64,000 bases of DNA from Spirochaetia bacterium (GCA_965203905.1 CBDBDQ010000005.1:6528001-6592000), one strand, 5' to 3'; positions 18,764-28,567 are shown, numbered from the stretch's first letter. Numbers and translations: made by a program. Notes: generated from the letters alone by a model not told the origin.

Positions 18764-19222
18764 CTACGTTTGGTCAACGTAAATGAGCTGCAGCCAGACT
18801 TTGTTCAGGTGGTCGAAATCTCCGTCCGTCGAAATTAGCGCGGCGCCATTCGCATAGGCGGTAGCGGCAATCCAAAGGTCGTTTTGTGACATTGGGACAG
18901 CCGGTTGTGGTGGAGGAACGCTGTTGGGAGAGTCCACTGATGTTCCGTGTGTCCAAGCGTCGATGAGCGCATATGTGCTCACTACTTCCTCGTCCAAGTA
19001 CAGCGTCGGGACCTTGCTCAAAACTCGCTGGAGCTGAGTCCTCTTGTTACTTCCCCATCCGAACTTCTCCGCCAGCGCGAAAATCTCTCCCCTGCAAACG
19101 ACCGAAGTAAACACCATCCTATCTGGATCGGCGAGACTATGCTCTTCCCGAGTCCTTGTCGCCCAGGGTGCGCTCCTGACAAAGCCGAGCAACATATTGG
19201 TATCGAGCAGATATCGGCTCAT
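18764..19222 (-). CDS. vapC: PIN-domain (VapC-like) toxin
   Basis: YLLDTN, GEI, SQNDLWIAATA and STDGDF motifs. Confidence 0.88.
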   Translation of the reverse strand: MSRYLLDTNMLLGFVRSAPWATRTREEHSLADPDRMVFTSVVCRGEIFALAEKFGWGSNKRTQLQRVLSKVPTLYLDEEVVSTYALIDAWTHGTSVDSPNSVPPPQPAVPMSQNDLWIAATAYANGAALISTDGDFDHLNKVWLQLIYVDQT

Positions 19223-19233
19223 GATTGGACTGA

Positions 19234-19986
19234 CTAATCGAGCTCTGCGAGAAGCGTCTCAAGAGGCTCATCGCCGGGCCATGAACCCGCAAGCTGAGCC
19301 GGATCGAAAGATCCTGCTTGGTCGGCGATCGCTCTCCACCCACCAAAATCAATCACCCGGGATCTCGAAATACACAGTCTCGAACAGCCAAAGATTGATC
19401 TCAGATGCGTACGTACGGGTTCCTCACGTGCTGCAGGAAGCCACGGACTAAGTGAAATGTGCTCTATCCATTCCAGTTCGATCTCGAATCCCCAGCTATC
19501 GAGGGATCCATGGTTGGCGTATACGATCCGAAATTCGCGCTCATCTCCATACGGTGCCCACTTCAGGAATGGCAGGTCATCTATACGTGGAGGATTGCGC
19601 TGGAGTTCGCCTATCTTGGCATATTTCACGCACCCATAAATTGGCGTGACACCACCGTCTTCCTTACACTGCTTCTTGAACGCATGTAATATGCGATCCT
19701 TATTGAATCGAATGCTAACGCCATCGGCCCCACTAGAGAATACATGCCAGTGATGATACGTCTCTCCGGTTCTATCGGCGAAACAGAGCGCCAGCAATGT
19801 CTTCAGGCTCTTGTACTCCTTGTATTTCTCCAAGTAGTACGAGTCGTTCCTATCGTCCCACTGTCCCGGATCCCGAAGTGTTATTCTCCTCTCCCTAAGG
19901 ATGCATATCAAATCTGATAGATTCGTATACCGCCGAAATGCTTCCATTGCTGAACGAACCTCCCAAATCAAGCGCATCGGGTTCAC
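19234..19986 (-). CDS. DUF2971-like protein with an antitoxin-like C-terminal tail
   Basis: RRYT, WDDRND, LALCF...HHWHVF and FLK..Y.DEREFRI motifs; ends GSWPGDEPLETLLAELD; lower GC than the flanks. Confidence 0.65.
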   Translation of the reverse strand: MNPMRLIWEVRSAMEAFRRYTNLSDLICILRERRITLRDPGQWDDRNDSYYLEKYKEYKSLKTLLALCFADRTGETYHHWHVFSSGADGVSIRFNKDRILHAFKKQCKEDGGVTPIYGCVKYAKIGELQRNPPRIDDLPFLKWAPYGDEREFRIVYANHGSLDSWGFEIELEWIEHISLSPWLPAAREEPVRTHLRSIFGCSRLCISRSRVIDFGGWRAIADQAGSFDPAQLAGSWPGDEPLETLLAELD

Positions 19987-20037
19987 CGATGGGCAGACGA
20001 TGATGCTTTACGCCACGATACCAGGACGTGAATCGTT

Positions 20038-20067
20038 CCGCCAGCCGCAGATGGTTGCGGTTGGCGG
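20038..20067. terminator. Stem-loop downstream of galU
   Basis: CCGCCAGCCGCA / TGCGGTTGGCGG inverted repeat, one imperfect pair. Confidence 0.5.
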
Positions 20068-20081
20068 CGGGGAGCAGAGCG

Positions 20082-20936
20082 TTACGAGACGCTGGCGCCC
20101 GCCCCAGTAGCGGCGCGGAACGACTCGATCTCCGCCGCCAGCTCCGGGTCGCGCGATCCGTACTCCAGGATCGACCGCAGGTAGCCCGCCGGCGTGCCGA
20201 TGTCGAGCCGCCGGCCGGCCATGCGCTGGATCACGACGCGTCCCTGACGCGCCAGATCCTCCACCCCCTCGGTGTAGTTGAACTCGCCGTCCTGGTGGTG
20301 CTCCAAGGCGCGCCGCAGCGCAGGGTAGATCTCCGGCGTGAACAAGTAGCGGCCGATGGCGATGTCGCGGCTCGGTTCGGTGCCCGGCGGCGGCTTCTCC
20401 ACGATGCCGGTGATGTGCAGGCCGTCGTCGGCCAGCGCCACCACGCCGTAGCGTTCCAGGTGCGGCGGATCGTGCTCGACGGCCAGCACGCTGCAGCCGG
20501 TGCGCTCGTGGGCGTCGATCAGCTGGCGGGTGAGCGGCGGCTCGCCGACGTGCAGGTCATCGGGGAACACCACCACGAACGGATCGTCGCCGGTGAACGG
20601 CTCGGCCAGCAGGATCGCCTGCCCGGTGCCCAGCATCCGCTGCTGGCGCAGAAAGAAGAACCGCCCCGGCGGCACGGCGATGGTCCGCTGCTTGTCCACC
20701 GCGCCCTCGGACTCGAACACCTGCTCCAGCTCCACCTCGCGGTCGACGTAGTCCTCCAGGGCGCGCTTGCGGCGCGAGGTGATGAACATGACGTCCTCGA
20801 TCCCCGAGTCGCGCAGCTCCTGCAGGATGAAGTCGATGGCCGGCCGGTCGATGACCGGAAACATCTCCTTGGGTACCGTCTTCGAAGCCGGCAGGAACCT
20901 GCTGCCATACCCGGCAGCGACGATGACCGCTTTCAT
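20082..20936 (-). CDS. galU: UTP--glucose-1-phosphate uridylyltransferase
   Basis: KAVIVAAGYGSRFLPASKTVPKEM and IVEKP motifs; GGAGG SD. Confidence 0.9.
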   Translation of the reverse strand: MKAVIVAAGYGSRFLPASKTVPKEMFPVIDRPAIDFILQELRDSGIEDVMFITSRRKRALEDYVDREVELEQVFESEGAVDKQRTIAVPPGRFFFLRQQRMLGTGQAILLAEPFTGDDPFVVVFPDDLHVGEPPLTRQLIDAHERTGCSVLAVEHDPPHLERYGVVALADDGLHITGIVEKPPPGTEPSRDIAIGRYLFTPEIYPALRRALEHHQDGEFNYTEGVEDLARQGRVVIQRMAGRRLDIGTPAGYLRSILEYGSRDPELAAEIESFRAATGAGASVS

Positions 20937-21263
20937 GCGTGCCTCCTGAAGTGAACAATGACGCCCGTCCCGCGGGCTGTCGGATACGGATTCTCGTGTC
21001 GAACGGTGCCGCCGCCTCGGCCAGCTTCGGCATGCATCGGCAGCAGATGCGGCCGACCGATCTCTCGCCGGTGTGACCGCGGCGGCAGGGAGCGTGGTTC
21101 CAGTATATCTGATGGCTCGGGTGATCGGGCTAACCGTCCCGCACGACCACGTAGCTGAGTGCTCGTCAAGCATCCCGCCTCGCGCGGCAACCCCGCTACG
21201 GAACATGTTGCGCCTCTATGGGTGGCGCCCCTTGAATCGACGGGTGAGCACTTCCGGCCGACG

Positions 21264-22223
21264 CTACTGGGTCTTGAGCGCCAATGCGCGGCGGGCGCCG
21301 GTCACTACGTCGGTGACGGAGCAGCCGTGGCGGTCGAGCAGGTCGAAGTAGGGGCCCGATTCGGTGAAGCAGTCGCCGATGCCGGTGCGGACCACGGGTA
21401 CGGGGCAGGTCTCGGCGAGCGTCTCCGTCACGGCGCCGCCCAGGCCACCGATCACGTTGTGCTCTTCCGCGGTGACGACAGCGCCGGTTTCGCGGGCCGC
21501 CGCCGCCAGCGCCTCGGTATCGAGCGGCTTGATGGTGTGCAGGTCGATCACCCGGCATTGCACGCCCTCCCCCGCCAACTGCTCGGCGGCCGCCACGGCC
21601 CTGGCCACCATCACCCCGGTGGCGACGATGGTCAGGTCGCTGCCGGGGCGCACCACCTGGGCGCGGCCCAGCTCCAGGGCCTCGGCCGGGCCGGCATCTC
21701 CGGTGCCGTACACCGCCGGCACCTCGTTGCGGTTCATGCGGAAGTAGACCGGTCCCTCGCTGGCCGCCACCTGCCGCAGCAGCTCGGTCTGGGCGTAGGG
21801 GTCGGCCGGCACCACCACCCGCATGTGCGGGAAGGTGCGCAGGATGGCGATGTCCTCGGTGGCGTGGTGGGTCGGCCCCTCGAAGCTGGGCGACAGCCCG
21901 CCGTAGGCGGCCATCAGCTTGACGTTGCTGCGGGCGTAGCAGACGTGGGTGCGGATCATCTCCACCGCGCGGGTGGAGAGGAACACCCCGAAGGTGTTGA
22001 CGAAGGGGATCTTTCCGGCCAGCGCCAGGCCCACGGCGCAGTCCACCAGCGACTGCTCGGCGATGCCGGTATTGATGAAGCGGTCGGGGAACACGTCCGC
22101 GAACATGAAGCTGTGGTCGGAGTTGGAGACGTCGGCGGACAGCACCACCACGTCGGGGTTGCCGTGCCCCAGCTCGACCAGCGCCTTGCCGTAGGCGACG
22201 CGGGTGTTGATCAGTTCAGCCAC
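21264..22223 (-). CDS. Transketolase, C-terminal subunit
   Basis: TGIAEQ, GPTHHATED and EEH..IGGLG motifs; overlaps the N-subunit stop. Confidence 0.92.
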   Translation of the reverse strand: MAELINTRVAYGKALVELGHGNPDVVVLSADVSNSDHSFMFADVFPDRFINTGIAEQSLVDCAVGLALAGKIPFVNTFGVFLSTRAVEMIRTHVCYARSNVKLMAAYGGLSPSFEGPTHHATEDIAILRTFPHMRVVVPADPYAQTELLRQVAASEGPVYFRMNRNEVPAVYGTGDAGPAEALELGRAQVVRPGSDLTIVATGVMVARAVAAAEQLAGEGVQCRVIDLHTIKPLDTEALAAAARETGAVVTAEEHNVIGGLGGAVTETLAETCPVPVVRTGIGDCFTESGPYFDLLDRHGCSVTDVVTGARRALALKTQ

Positions 22224-23107
22224 TGCTGCATCCCCGCTTCCAGCTCCGTCCTGGCGGCGGCGTACTGCTCCTCGGTGGGCGGCGTGCCGTGCCAGTTGTG
22301 GTCGTACTCCATGAACGAGACCCCGCGCCCCTTGGTGGTGCGGGCGATGATCACCGCGGGCCGCGCGTGCACCTGGTCGGCGCGGTCGAGGGCCTCCAGC
22401 ACCTCGCGCACGTTGTGGCCGCCGATCTCCTGCACGTGCCAGCCGAACGCCGCCCACTTGGCGGCGATCGGCTCGTGCGGCATCACGTCCGCGGTGGCGC
22501 CGGTCTGCTGGGTGCCATTGTAGTCCAGGATCGCCACCAGGTTGCCCAGCCGGTACTTGGCCGCCAGCATGGCGCCCTCCCAGATCACCCCGGCGTCGAT
22601 CTCGCCGTCGCCCAGCACCACGTAGACGCTGGCCGGGGAGGCGGCGCCGGAGGGGGCCGTCTGCGCCGACGGCTTGGCGTCGCGCTGGCGCAGGGCCAGC
22701 GCCATGCCGCAGCCGACCGCGACCCCGTGCCCCAGCGGCCCGGCCGGGATCTCGATGCCCGGTGTCTTGCGGTCCGGGTGTCCCTGCAGCAGGCTGTCCA
22801 CCTTGCGGAAGCTCAGCAGCTCGGAGGGCGGGAAGAATCCGCGATGGGCCAGGGCCGAGTAGAGGGCGGCACAGGCGTGCCCCTTGGAGAACAGCAGCCG
22901 GTCGCGGTCCGGCCAGTCGGGACGCCCGGGGTCGATGCGCAGGTGATGGAAGTAGAGCGCGGCCAGGATCTCGGCGCAGGAGAAGGCGCCGCCCAAGTGG
23001 CCGCTGTTGCTGTCGTGGACCATCTCCAGCACGTCCAGCCGGAACTGCTGGGCGCGGCGGTGCAGTTCGCGCACGAGCCCCGCGGGATGGTCATGGGTAT
23101 GCCGCAT
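22211..23107 (-). CDS. Transketolase, N-terminal subunit
   Basis: SGHLGG, SKGH, LQGHP, GDGE and TTKGRGV motifs. Confidence 0.92.
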   Translation of the reverse strand: MRHTHDHPAGLVRELHRRAQQFRLDVLEMVHDSNSGHLGGAFSCAEILAALYFHHLRIDPGRPDWPDRDRLLFSKGHACAALYSALAHRGFFPPSELLSFRKVDSLLQGHPDRKTPGIEIPAGPLGHGVAVGCGMALALRQRDAKPSAQTAPSGAASPASVYVVLGDGEIDAGVIWEGAMLAAKYRLGNLVAILDYNGTQQTGATADVMPHEPIAAKWAAFGWHVQEIGGHNVREVLEALDRADQVHARPAVIIARTTKGRGVSFMEYDHNWHGTPPTEEQYAAARTELEAGMQQWLN

Positions 23108-23197
23108 GGGCCCGAACCTAAGCGCGCCCCTTGCATTGGTCAAGGTCCATCGGTTGCGGCCACGCCGGCTGTTCGCCGGTTTGAAAACGGCAGCAGC

Positions 23198-23226
23198 TTG
23201 CTGACCGAGGTGCAAGCAGCTATGTT
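23198..23226 (+). promoter_or_regulatory. Sigma70-like promoter with overlapping inverted repeat
   Basis: TTGCTG-17 nt-TATGTT, with a GCTTGC...GCAAGC palindrome overlapping the -35 and spacer, upstream of the nucleotidyltransferase. Confidence 0.45.
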
Positions 23227-23239
23227 CCCGGAGGAGCCG

Positions 23240-23797
23240 ATGGATTTCGAGCGCGTCCTTCGTGATCTGGCATCCGATTTCAACGAGCGCGAAGTCCCCT
23301 ACGCCATGATCGGCGGGTTCGCCCTGGGCGTGCTCGGGATAGCGCGGGCCACCATGGACCTCGACTTTCTGGTGGCTCGGAACGCGCTCCCGCAGGTCGA
23401 CGAAATCATGCAGCGCCGAGGTTATCGTCTACGCTACCGGAGTGAGAATGTTTCGCACTTCGTATCGGATTCGGCTCCTCTCGGGCAGGTCGACTTCCTG
23501 CACGCGTTTCGTGAGATCTCTACCGGTATGTTGAGCCGGGCTTCCGAGCTGCCGGCGTTTGCCGCCAGCCTCCGCGTGCGCACGCTGCGACCAGAGGACA
23601 TTATCGGCTTGAAGGTGCAAGCGTTCGCGAATGATCCGCAGCGGGAGCGCCAGGATCTGGTCGACATCGAATTGCTGGCCGAACGCTACTCTTCGGAGAT
23701 CGACTGGAAACGGATGCGCGAGTACTTCGCGCTGTTTGGAAGATTGGAGCTGTACGATGAGATCCGAGCGACCCACGGCCCCACTGACCGAGGCTGA
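23240..23797 (+). CDS. Nucleotidyltransferase (AbiEii/DUF6036-like)
   Basis: IGGFAL...RATMDLDF (GG..DxD), EDIIGLK and R.QDLVDI motifs; GGAGG SD. Confidence 0.8.
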   Translation: MDFERVLRDLASDFNEREVPYAMIGGFALGVLGIARATMDLDFLVARNALPQVDEIMQRRGYRLRYRSENVSHFVSDSAPLGQVDFLHAFREISTGMLSRASELPAFAASLRVRTLRPEDIIGLKVQAFANDPQRERQDLVDIELLAERYSSEIDWKRMREYFALFGRLELYDEIRATHGPTDRG

Positions 23798-23978
23798 GAA
23801 GGCCGAGCTGCTGGCGCTGGCGGCCTCCGCCGAGTTGCGCCGGGACCTGCGTTCCCTCGTTCGGAACCGGGGAGCCGGCGTCGACGAGTACCTCGCCTTT
23901 GCGACCAGCATCGCCAGACTGTCGAACCACGCCCGCCGGCCCTTCCGCCCCATGACCGGCACCTGCTTCAAGCTGTAG
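23757..23978 (+). CDS. Small hypothetical protein, probable partner of the nucleotidyltransferase
   Basis: 73 aa helical ORF (LTEAEKAELLALAAS...VDEYLAF) overlapping the NTase 3' end; GGAG upstream. Confidence 0.6.
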   Translation: MRSERPTAPLTEAEKAELLALAASAELRRDLRSLVRNRGAGVDEYLAFATSIARLSNHARRPFRPMTGTCFKL

Positions 23979-24123
23979 GCCGGACAGCGCGCTCGGGTCC
24001 TCGTTGGACCGCCTCGTCATCGCCACGGCGCCGGGCACGACCGGCGACCGTTCAAGCGGCTCGGTGGAGGCGTCGACGCTGGCTTGTCGGCGGCCGAACG
24101 GCCCGCGATATTCGACGGTAACC

Positions 24124-24783
24124 ATGAGGACTCCGCAAGCATCCGAACCGCTGAGCCGGCGGGCGTTTCTGACGGCGGCCACGGGGGCCGCGCTCGGAGC
24201 TGTCGCGGCTCCACTCCTGGCGCGCTCCCACACCGAAGGGGGCTACGACCTGCCCGGCAGCGCAGCCGATCGCGGCCTCGGCCTCGTACCGCGGCTGCAG
24301 TGCACCGCGGGCACCCGGTCGCGGACCGCAGGCCCGTTCTTCACTCCTGCCTCGCCGTTACGCGACTCGCTGCGTGAGCCGGGCACCAGCGGCGCGCTGC
24401 TGGTGCTGCAGGGGCTCGTGCTCAACCGGGACTGCCGCCCGCTGGCCGGGGCCGTCCTCGACATCTGGCACGCCGACGAGCACGGCCGCTACGACAACCG
24501 CGGCTTCCGCTACCGCGGCCACCAGTTCACCGATCGCTCCGGTGCATTCCGGTTCGAGACGATCCGTCCGGGCGAGTATCCCCGCCGCACTCCACACATC
24601 CACGTCAAGGTACAGGGCCCGGACACCGCGCTGCTCACCACCCAGATCTTCTTCCCGGATCTGGCAACGGCCAACGCCCGCGACTCGATCTATCGCGAGG
24701 ATCTCCTGGTCGATCTGTCGCCCACGGTCGACGGTTGGCTCAGCCGTTTCGACTTCGTGCTCGCGCCTGCGCGCACGACCTGA
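24124..24783 (+). CDS. Tat-exported intradiol ring-cleavage dioxygenase-like protein
   Basis: SRRAFL Tat motif; GPFF, DIWHAD..GRYD and YP.RTPHIH iron-ligand motifs. Confidence 0.88.
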   Translation: MRTPQASEPLSRRAFLTAATGAALGAVAAPLLARSHTEGGYDLPGSAADRGLGLVPRLQCTAGTRSRTAGPFFTPASPLRDSLREPGTSGALLVLQGLVLNRDCRPLAGAVLDIWHADEHGRYDNRGFRYRGHQFTDRSGAFRFETIRPGEYPRRTPHIHVKVQGPDTALLTTQIFFPDLATANARDSIYREDLLVDLSPTVDGWLSRFDFVLAPARTT

Positions 24784-24784
24784 A

Positions 24785-26020
24785 TTACTGCTCCTGGATC
24801 GCCCACTCGCCGGCGCGCATCACCGGCTCGGTGGAGCCGTCGGCGAGCACGCCGTCGATGTCCATCCGCTCGGATCCGATCATGAAGTCCACGTGGGTCA
24901 CGCTGGAGTTGGCGCCCGCATCCGCGAGCTGCTGCTCCGACATGGCTTCGGCGCCGTTCAGGCACACCGTGTACGCCTGGCCCAGGGCGACGTGGCTGGA
25001 AGCGTTCTCGTCGAACAGCGTGTTGTAGAACAGCAGTCCGAGTCCCGAGATGGGAGACCCGTGCGGAACCAGGGCGATCTCGCCGAGGCGGGCGGCACCC
25101 TCGTCGGTGGCGATCAGCTTTTCCAGTACCTCGGCGCCGGACTCGGCCTCGACTCGCACCACTCGACCGCCCTCGAAGGTGAGGCTGAAGTGCTCGATCA
25201 GCCGGCCGCCGTAGTTGAGCGGCTTGGTGGATGATACCGTGCCGTCCACGCGCCGGCTGTGCGGCATGGTGAACACCTCCTCGGTGGGGATGTTGGGCAC
25301 GAATTGCGTGCCCTGCGCGTTGTAGTCGACGGCGCCCTTCCAGACGTGGCCATCGGGGAGCCCGATGGTGAGGTCGGTGCCGGGCGCGGCGTAGCGGAGC
25401 GCCGTATAGGCGCGTTCGTTCAGGTACTCGCGCCGTGACTCCAGCGCTTCGATATGGCGCTGCCAAGCTTCGCGTGGGTCCGGCCGATCCGCACGGCAGG
25501 CCTGGAAGATAGCGTCCCACAGCTTGCCCACCCGCTCGCCGGCCGGCGCTTCGGGAAACACCCGCGCCGCCCATGGCGCCACCGCCGCCGCGATCACGCA
25601 CCAGCTCACCCGCATGGTGGTGATGTACTCGCGGCTGAAGGGTTTCGACTGCTCGGACGCCACGCGCATGGTGGTCGCCACCTTGGCCGGATCCTGGCCC
25701 TTGAGCAGATCGGGATTACCGCCGGAGACGGTCAGGAACGCCGCGCCCTCCTCGGCGCGCTCGATCATGCCCCTGACCCTCCAGGTGGGGAACTCCTCGA
25801 ACGAGTCGCCCGGTGCATGCCGGAGTCGCACCAGCTGCAACTGGTCGTCGGTATAGGAAACGTCCACGTAAGGGCAGCCGGCCGCGTAGGCGCGCGCCGC
25901 CAGCGCCCGGGTCAGCTCGACCGCCTCGATGGGCGCGCGGATGACCAGGCGCTGCCCCCGCTGCAGGTTCAGTCCGACACCGATCGCCAGGTCGGCGTAA
26001 CGCTCCAGGTTGGTATCCAC
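24785..26020 (-). CDS. Aminopeptidase, peptidase M29 family
   Basis: PNIPTEEVFT, LGEIAL, LFDENASSH.ALG and HVDFMIG motifs; GTG 26020 preceded by TACACT. Confidence 0.92.
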   Translation of the reverse strand: MDTNLERYADLAIGVGLNLQRGQRLVIRAPIEAVELTRALAARAYAAGCPYVDVSYTDDQLQLVRLRHAPGDSFEEFPTWRVRGMIERAEEGAAFLTVSGGNPDLLKGQDPAKVATTMRVASEQSKPFSREYITTMRVSWCVIAAAVAPWAARVFPEAPAGERVGKLWDAIFQACRADRPDPREAWQRHIEALESRREYLNERAYTALRYAAPGTDLTIGLPDGHVWKGAVDYNAQGTQFVPNIPTEEVFTMPHSRRVDGTVSSTKPLNYGGRLIEHFSLTFEGGRVVRVEAESGAEVLEKLIATDEGAARLGEIALVPHGSPISGLGLLFYNTLFDENASSHVALGQAYTVCLNGAEAMSEQQLADAGANSSVTHVDFMIGSERMDIDGVLADGSTEPVMRAGEWAIQEQ

Positions 26021-26066
26021 GACGCAAGTGTAACGCATCTGCGCATCGCCTATACTCGGCTGACTC

Positions 26067-27035
26067 ATGGAACTTGGCACCAGATCCTTCACCCGCGGCC
26101 TGCACGAAGTCGGGGCCCGGTGCTATGCGTGGATCCAGCCTGACGGCGGTTGGGGCTGGAGCAATGCGGGACTCGTCGTCGATGGCGACGAGAGCCTGCT
26201 GGTGGATACCCTGTTCGATCTGAACCTCACGCGCGCCATGCTCGCCGTCATGCGCGATGCGGAGCCGGCCGCCACCCGCAACTTCGACCGGCTGGTCAAC
26301 ACCCACGCCAACCCCGACCACTGCAACGGGAACGAGTTGGTGGCCGAGGCGGAGATCATCGCCTCCAAGGCCGCGGCCGAGGAGATGGCCGGCGAGAGTC
26401 CGGCGCGGCTCGCCGCGATCATGCGGCAAGCTCCGAGCATGGGCGAGACGGGGGAGTTTCTGATCGAATCGTTCGGCGCCTTCGACTTCGAGGGGATCAC
26501 GCAGACCCTGCCGACGACCACGTTCCAAGGTGACTACCAGACGCGCGTCGGCGACAAGCGCGTCGTCCTGAAGCAGGTCGGGCCGTGCCATACCGCGGGC
26601 GACATCCTGGCCTACGTACCGGACGACAACCTTGTATTCAGCGGCGACATACTGTTCGTCGGGGGCCATCCGATCCTGTGGGCGGGGCCGGCGGCGAACT
26701 GGATCGCCGCCTGCGATTACCTGCTCCGGTTGCCGGTCGACGTCATCGTCCCCGGCCATGGCCCCGTGACCGACAAGCGCGGCGTTCGGGGCGTCAGGGA
26801 CTACCTGGTGTACGTACGGGACGAGGCGAAGGTCCGTTTCGACGCCGGGTTGAGCGTCTACGACGCGGCAATGGACATCTCGCTCGCGGACTTCGACTCG
26901 TGGGGCGATGCCGAGCGGATCGTGGTCAATGTCGCGACGCTGTATCGCGAGTTCGGCTCCAGCGAGCAGCCCGGCGATCCGTTCCAGTTGATGGCGAGGA
27001 TTCGCAAGGAGCGCGCGAAGGGAAAGAAGAGGTAG
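26067..27035 (+). CDS. MBL-fold metallo-hydrolase (cyclase-like)
   Basis: GWGWSNAG, NTHANPDHCNGN, HT.GD and PGHG motifs. Confidence 0.88.
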   Translation: MELGTRSFTRGLHEVGARCYAWIQPDGGWGWSNAGLVVDGDESLLVDTLFDLNLTRAMLAVMRDAEPAATRNFDRLVNTHANPDHCNGNELVAEAEIIASKAAAEEMAGESPARLAAIMRQAPSMGETGEFLIESFGAFDFEGITQTLPTTTFQGDYQTRVGDKRVVLKQVGPCHTAGDILAYVPDDNLVFSGDILFVGGHPILWAGPAANWIAACDYLLRLPVDVIVPGHGPVTDKRGVRGVRDYLVYVRDEAKVRFDAGLSVYDAAMDISLADFDSWGDAERIVVNVATLYREFGSSEQPGDPFQLMARIRKERAKGKKR

Positions 27036-27041
27036 GGCGGA

Positions 27042-27767
27042 GTGGCACTCGACAGCACGAACAACCTCACCGGCGGCGTGATTGACGCCCTGTCCGGGGT
27101 GACCACCGCCACCCTGACGACGCTGCTGCTCAAGAAGGGGCTGCGCAGCGTGTGGATGCGCGGTACCCGGCCGCTGCAGGCAGGCCAGCCGCGGGTGGTC
27201 GGTCGCGCCTTCACGCTGCGCTTCGTGCCGGCGAGGGAGGATCTGGCGACGCCGGAATCGTGGAGCTCGCCGCGTTCCACCCGCGCGGCGATCGAGGCGA
27301 TGCCGGAGGGCTGCGTCGTCGTGGTGGGTGCGATGGGCTGCACCGACGCCGGCATCTTCGGCGACATCCTGTGCGCGCGGATGGGGAAGCGCGGGGTGGC
27401 CGGGCTGGTCACCGACGGGGTGATGCGCGACGGCGACGGCGTCCTGTCCACCGGGCTCCCGGTGTGGTGCCAGGGCATTGCCGCGCCACCGTCAGTGGCC
27501 GGATTGACCTTCGTCGGCTGGCAGGAACCGATCGGCTGCGGCGGGGTGGCGGTGTTCCCGGACGACCTCGTGGTGGCGGACGGCGACGGTGCCGTCGTGA
27601 TTCCCTCCGCGCTGGTTGCGGAAATGGCCGACGCCGGCCCGGAGCAGGAGCGCCTGGAAGCGTGGATCATGGAGCAGGTGGACGGCGGCGCGCCGTTGCC
27701 GGGCCTGTATCCGCCGAACGACGAGACCCGCGCCCGCTACGAGGCTGTGCGCGGCTCCCACCCGTAG
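27042..27767 (+). CDS. RraA/HMG-aldolase family protein
   Basis: FGDIL, VTDG.MRD and DGDGAVVIP motifs. Confidence 0.88.
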   Translation: MALDSTNNLTGGVIDALSGVTTATLTTLLLKKGLRSVWMRGTRPLQAGQPRVVGRAFTLRFVPAREDLATPESWSSPRSTRAAIEAMPEGCVVVVGAMGCTDAGIFGDILCARMGKRGVAGLVTDGVMRDGDGVLSTGLPVWCQGIAAPPSVAGLTFVGWQEPIGCGGVAVFPDDLVVADGDGAVVIPSALVAEMADAGPEQERLEAWIMEQVDGGAPLPGLYPPNDETRARYEAVRGSHP

Positions 27768-27786
27768 TGGCAGACAGGGGAAACGC

Positions 27787-28554
27787 ATGTCTCTGACACC
27801 CGGCACCAGGGCACTGCTGGCCGCTCTGCCGCTCGCCGCTCTGGTGGCAATGGCCGGCTGCCACACCGGCTCGACCGTCGTGCGCGGCCCGGCCGTACCC
27901 GCCGCCGCGCCCGCGCCGGGTACCATCCATGCCTGGGCCGAAGGCCGTGCGGAGGCCGTTCCCGACATCGCCGTCGTGCGCATGAGCATCGAGACCAGCG
28001 GCCGAACGGTGCGCGCGGCCAGAGAGCGGGCCGCCGGCGTGACCCGCGCGGTGATCGCAGAGCTCGCACGGCAGGGCGTGGAGGATCGGGACATTCGCAC
28101 CAGCAGGTTCAGCATCCGCGCCGACTACCAGTACGCCGACGACGGCCGCCGCCACCTGACCGGCTACCAGGTGAGTCATGCCCTGACGGTGGAGATCGCC
28201 AACCTGGAGTCGGTGGGAGCCGCCATCGATGCCCTGTCGGAAGCCGGCGGCGACGCACTGGCATTCCACGCCATCGAGTTTGGCTACGCCGACCCGGAGC
28301 GGCTCCTGGAGCAGGCACGCCGCAACGCCGTCGAGAACCTGCAGCGCCATGCGCAGCAGCTCGCGGCAGCCGCCAACCGGGAGCTCGGCCCGCTGCTGGA
28401 GCTCACCGAGTTGAGCGGAACGCCGGATTCGGGCCCTCCAGGACCCTACCTCGCCGCGGAGGTGATGGCTCGCTCGCGTCCGGCCGACACGCCGATCAGC
28501 GCCGGCAGCGGAACCGTCAGCATAACCGTGCGCGGTGTATTCGAACTGCGCTGA
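27787..28554 (+). CDS. SIMPL (DUF541) domain lipoprotein
   Basis: MAGC lipobox; G.AEAVPD, DIRTS.FSI, and C-terminal V.GVFEL. Confidence 0.85.
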   Translation: MSLTPGTRALLAALPLAALVAMAGCHTGSTVVRGPAVPAAAPAPGTIHAWAEGRAEAVPDIAVVRMSIETSGRTVRAARERAAGVTRAVIAELARQGVEDRDIRTSRFSIRADYQYADDGRRHLTGYQVSHALTVEIANLESVGAAIDALSEAGGDALAFHAIEFGYADPERLLEQARRNAVENLQRHAQQLAAAANRELGPLLELTELSGTPDSGPPGPYLAAEVMARSRPADTPISAGSGTVSITVRGVFELR

Positions 28555-28567
28555 CGACGAGAGGCAG

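Noticed and set aside
20940-21260. Riboswitch or sRNA in the long galU leader
   Set aside because: No recognisable conserved motif; cannot be supported without an Rfam search.
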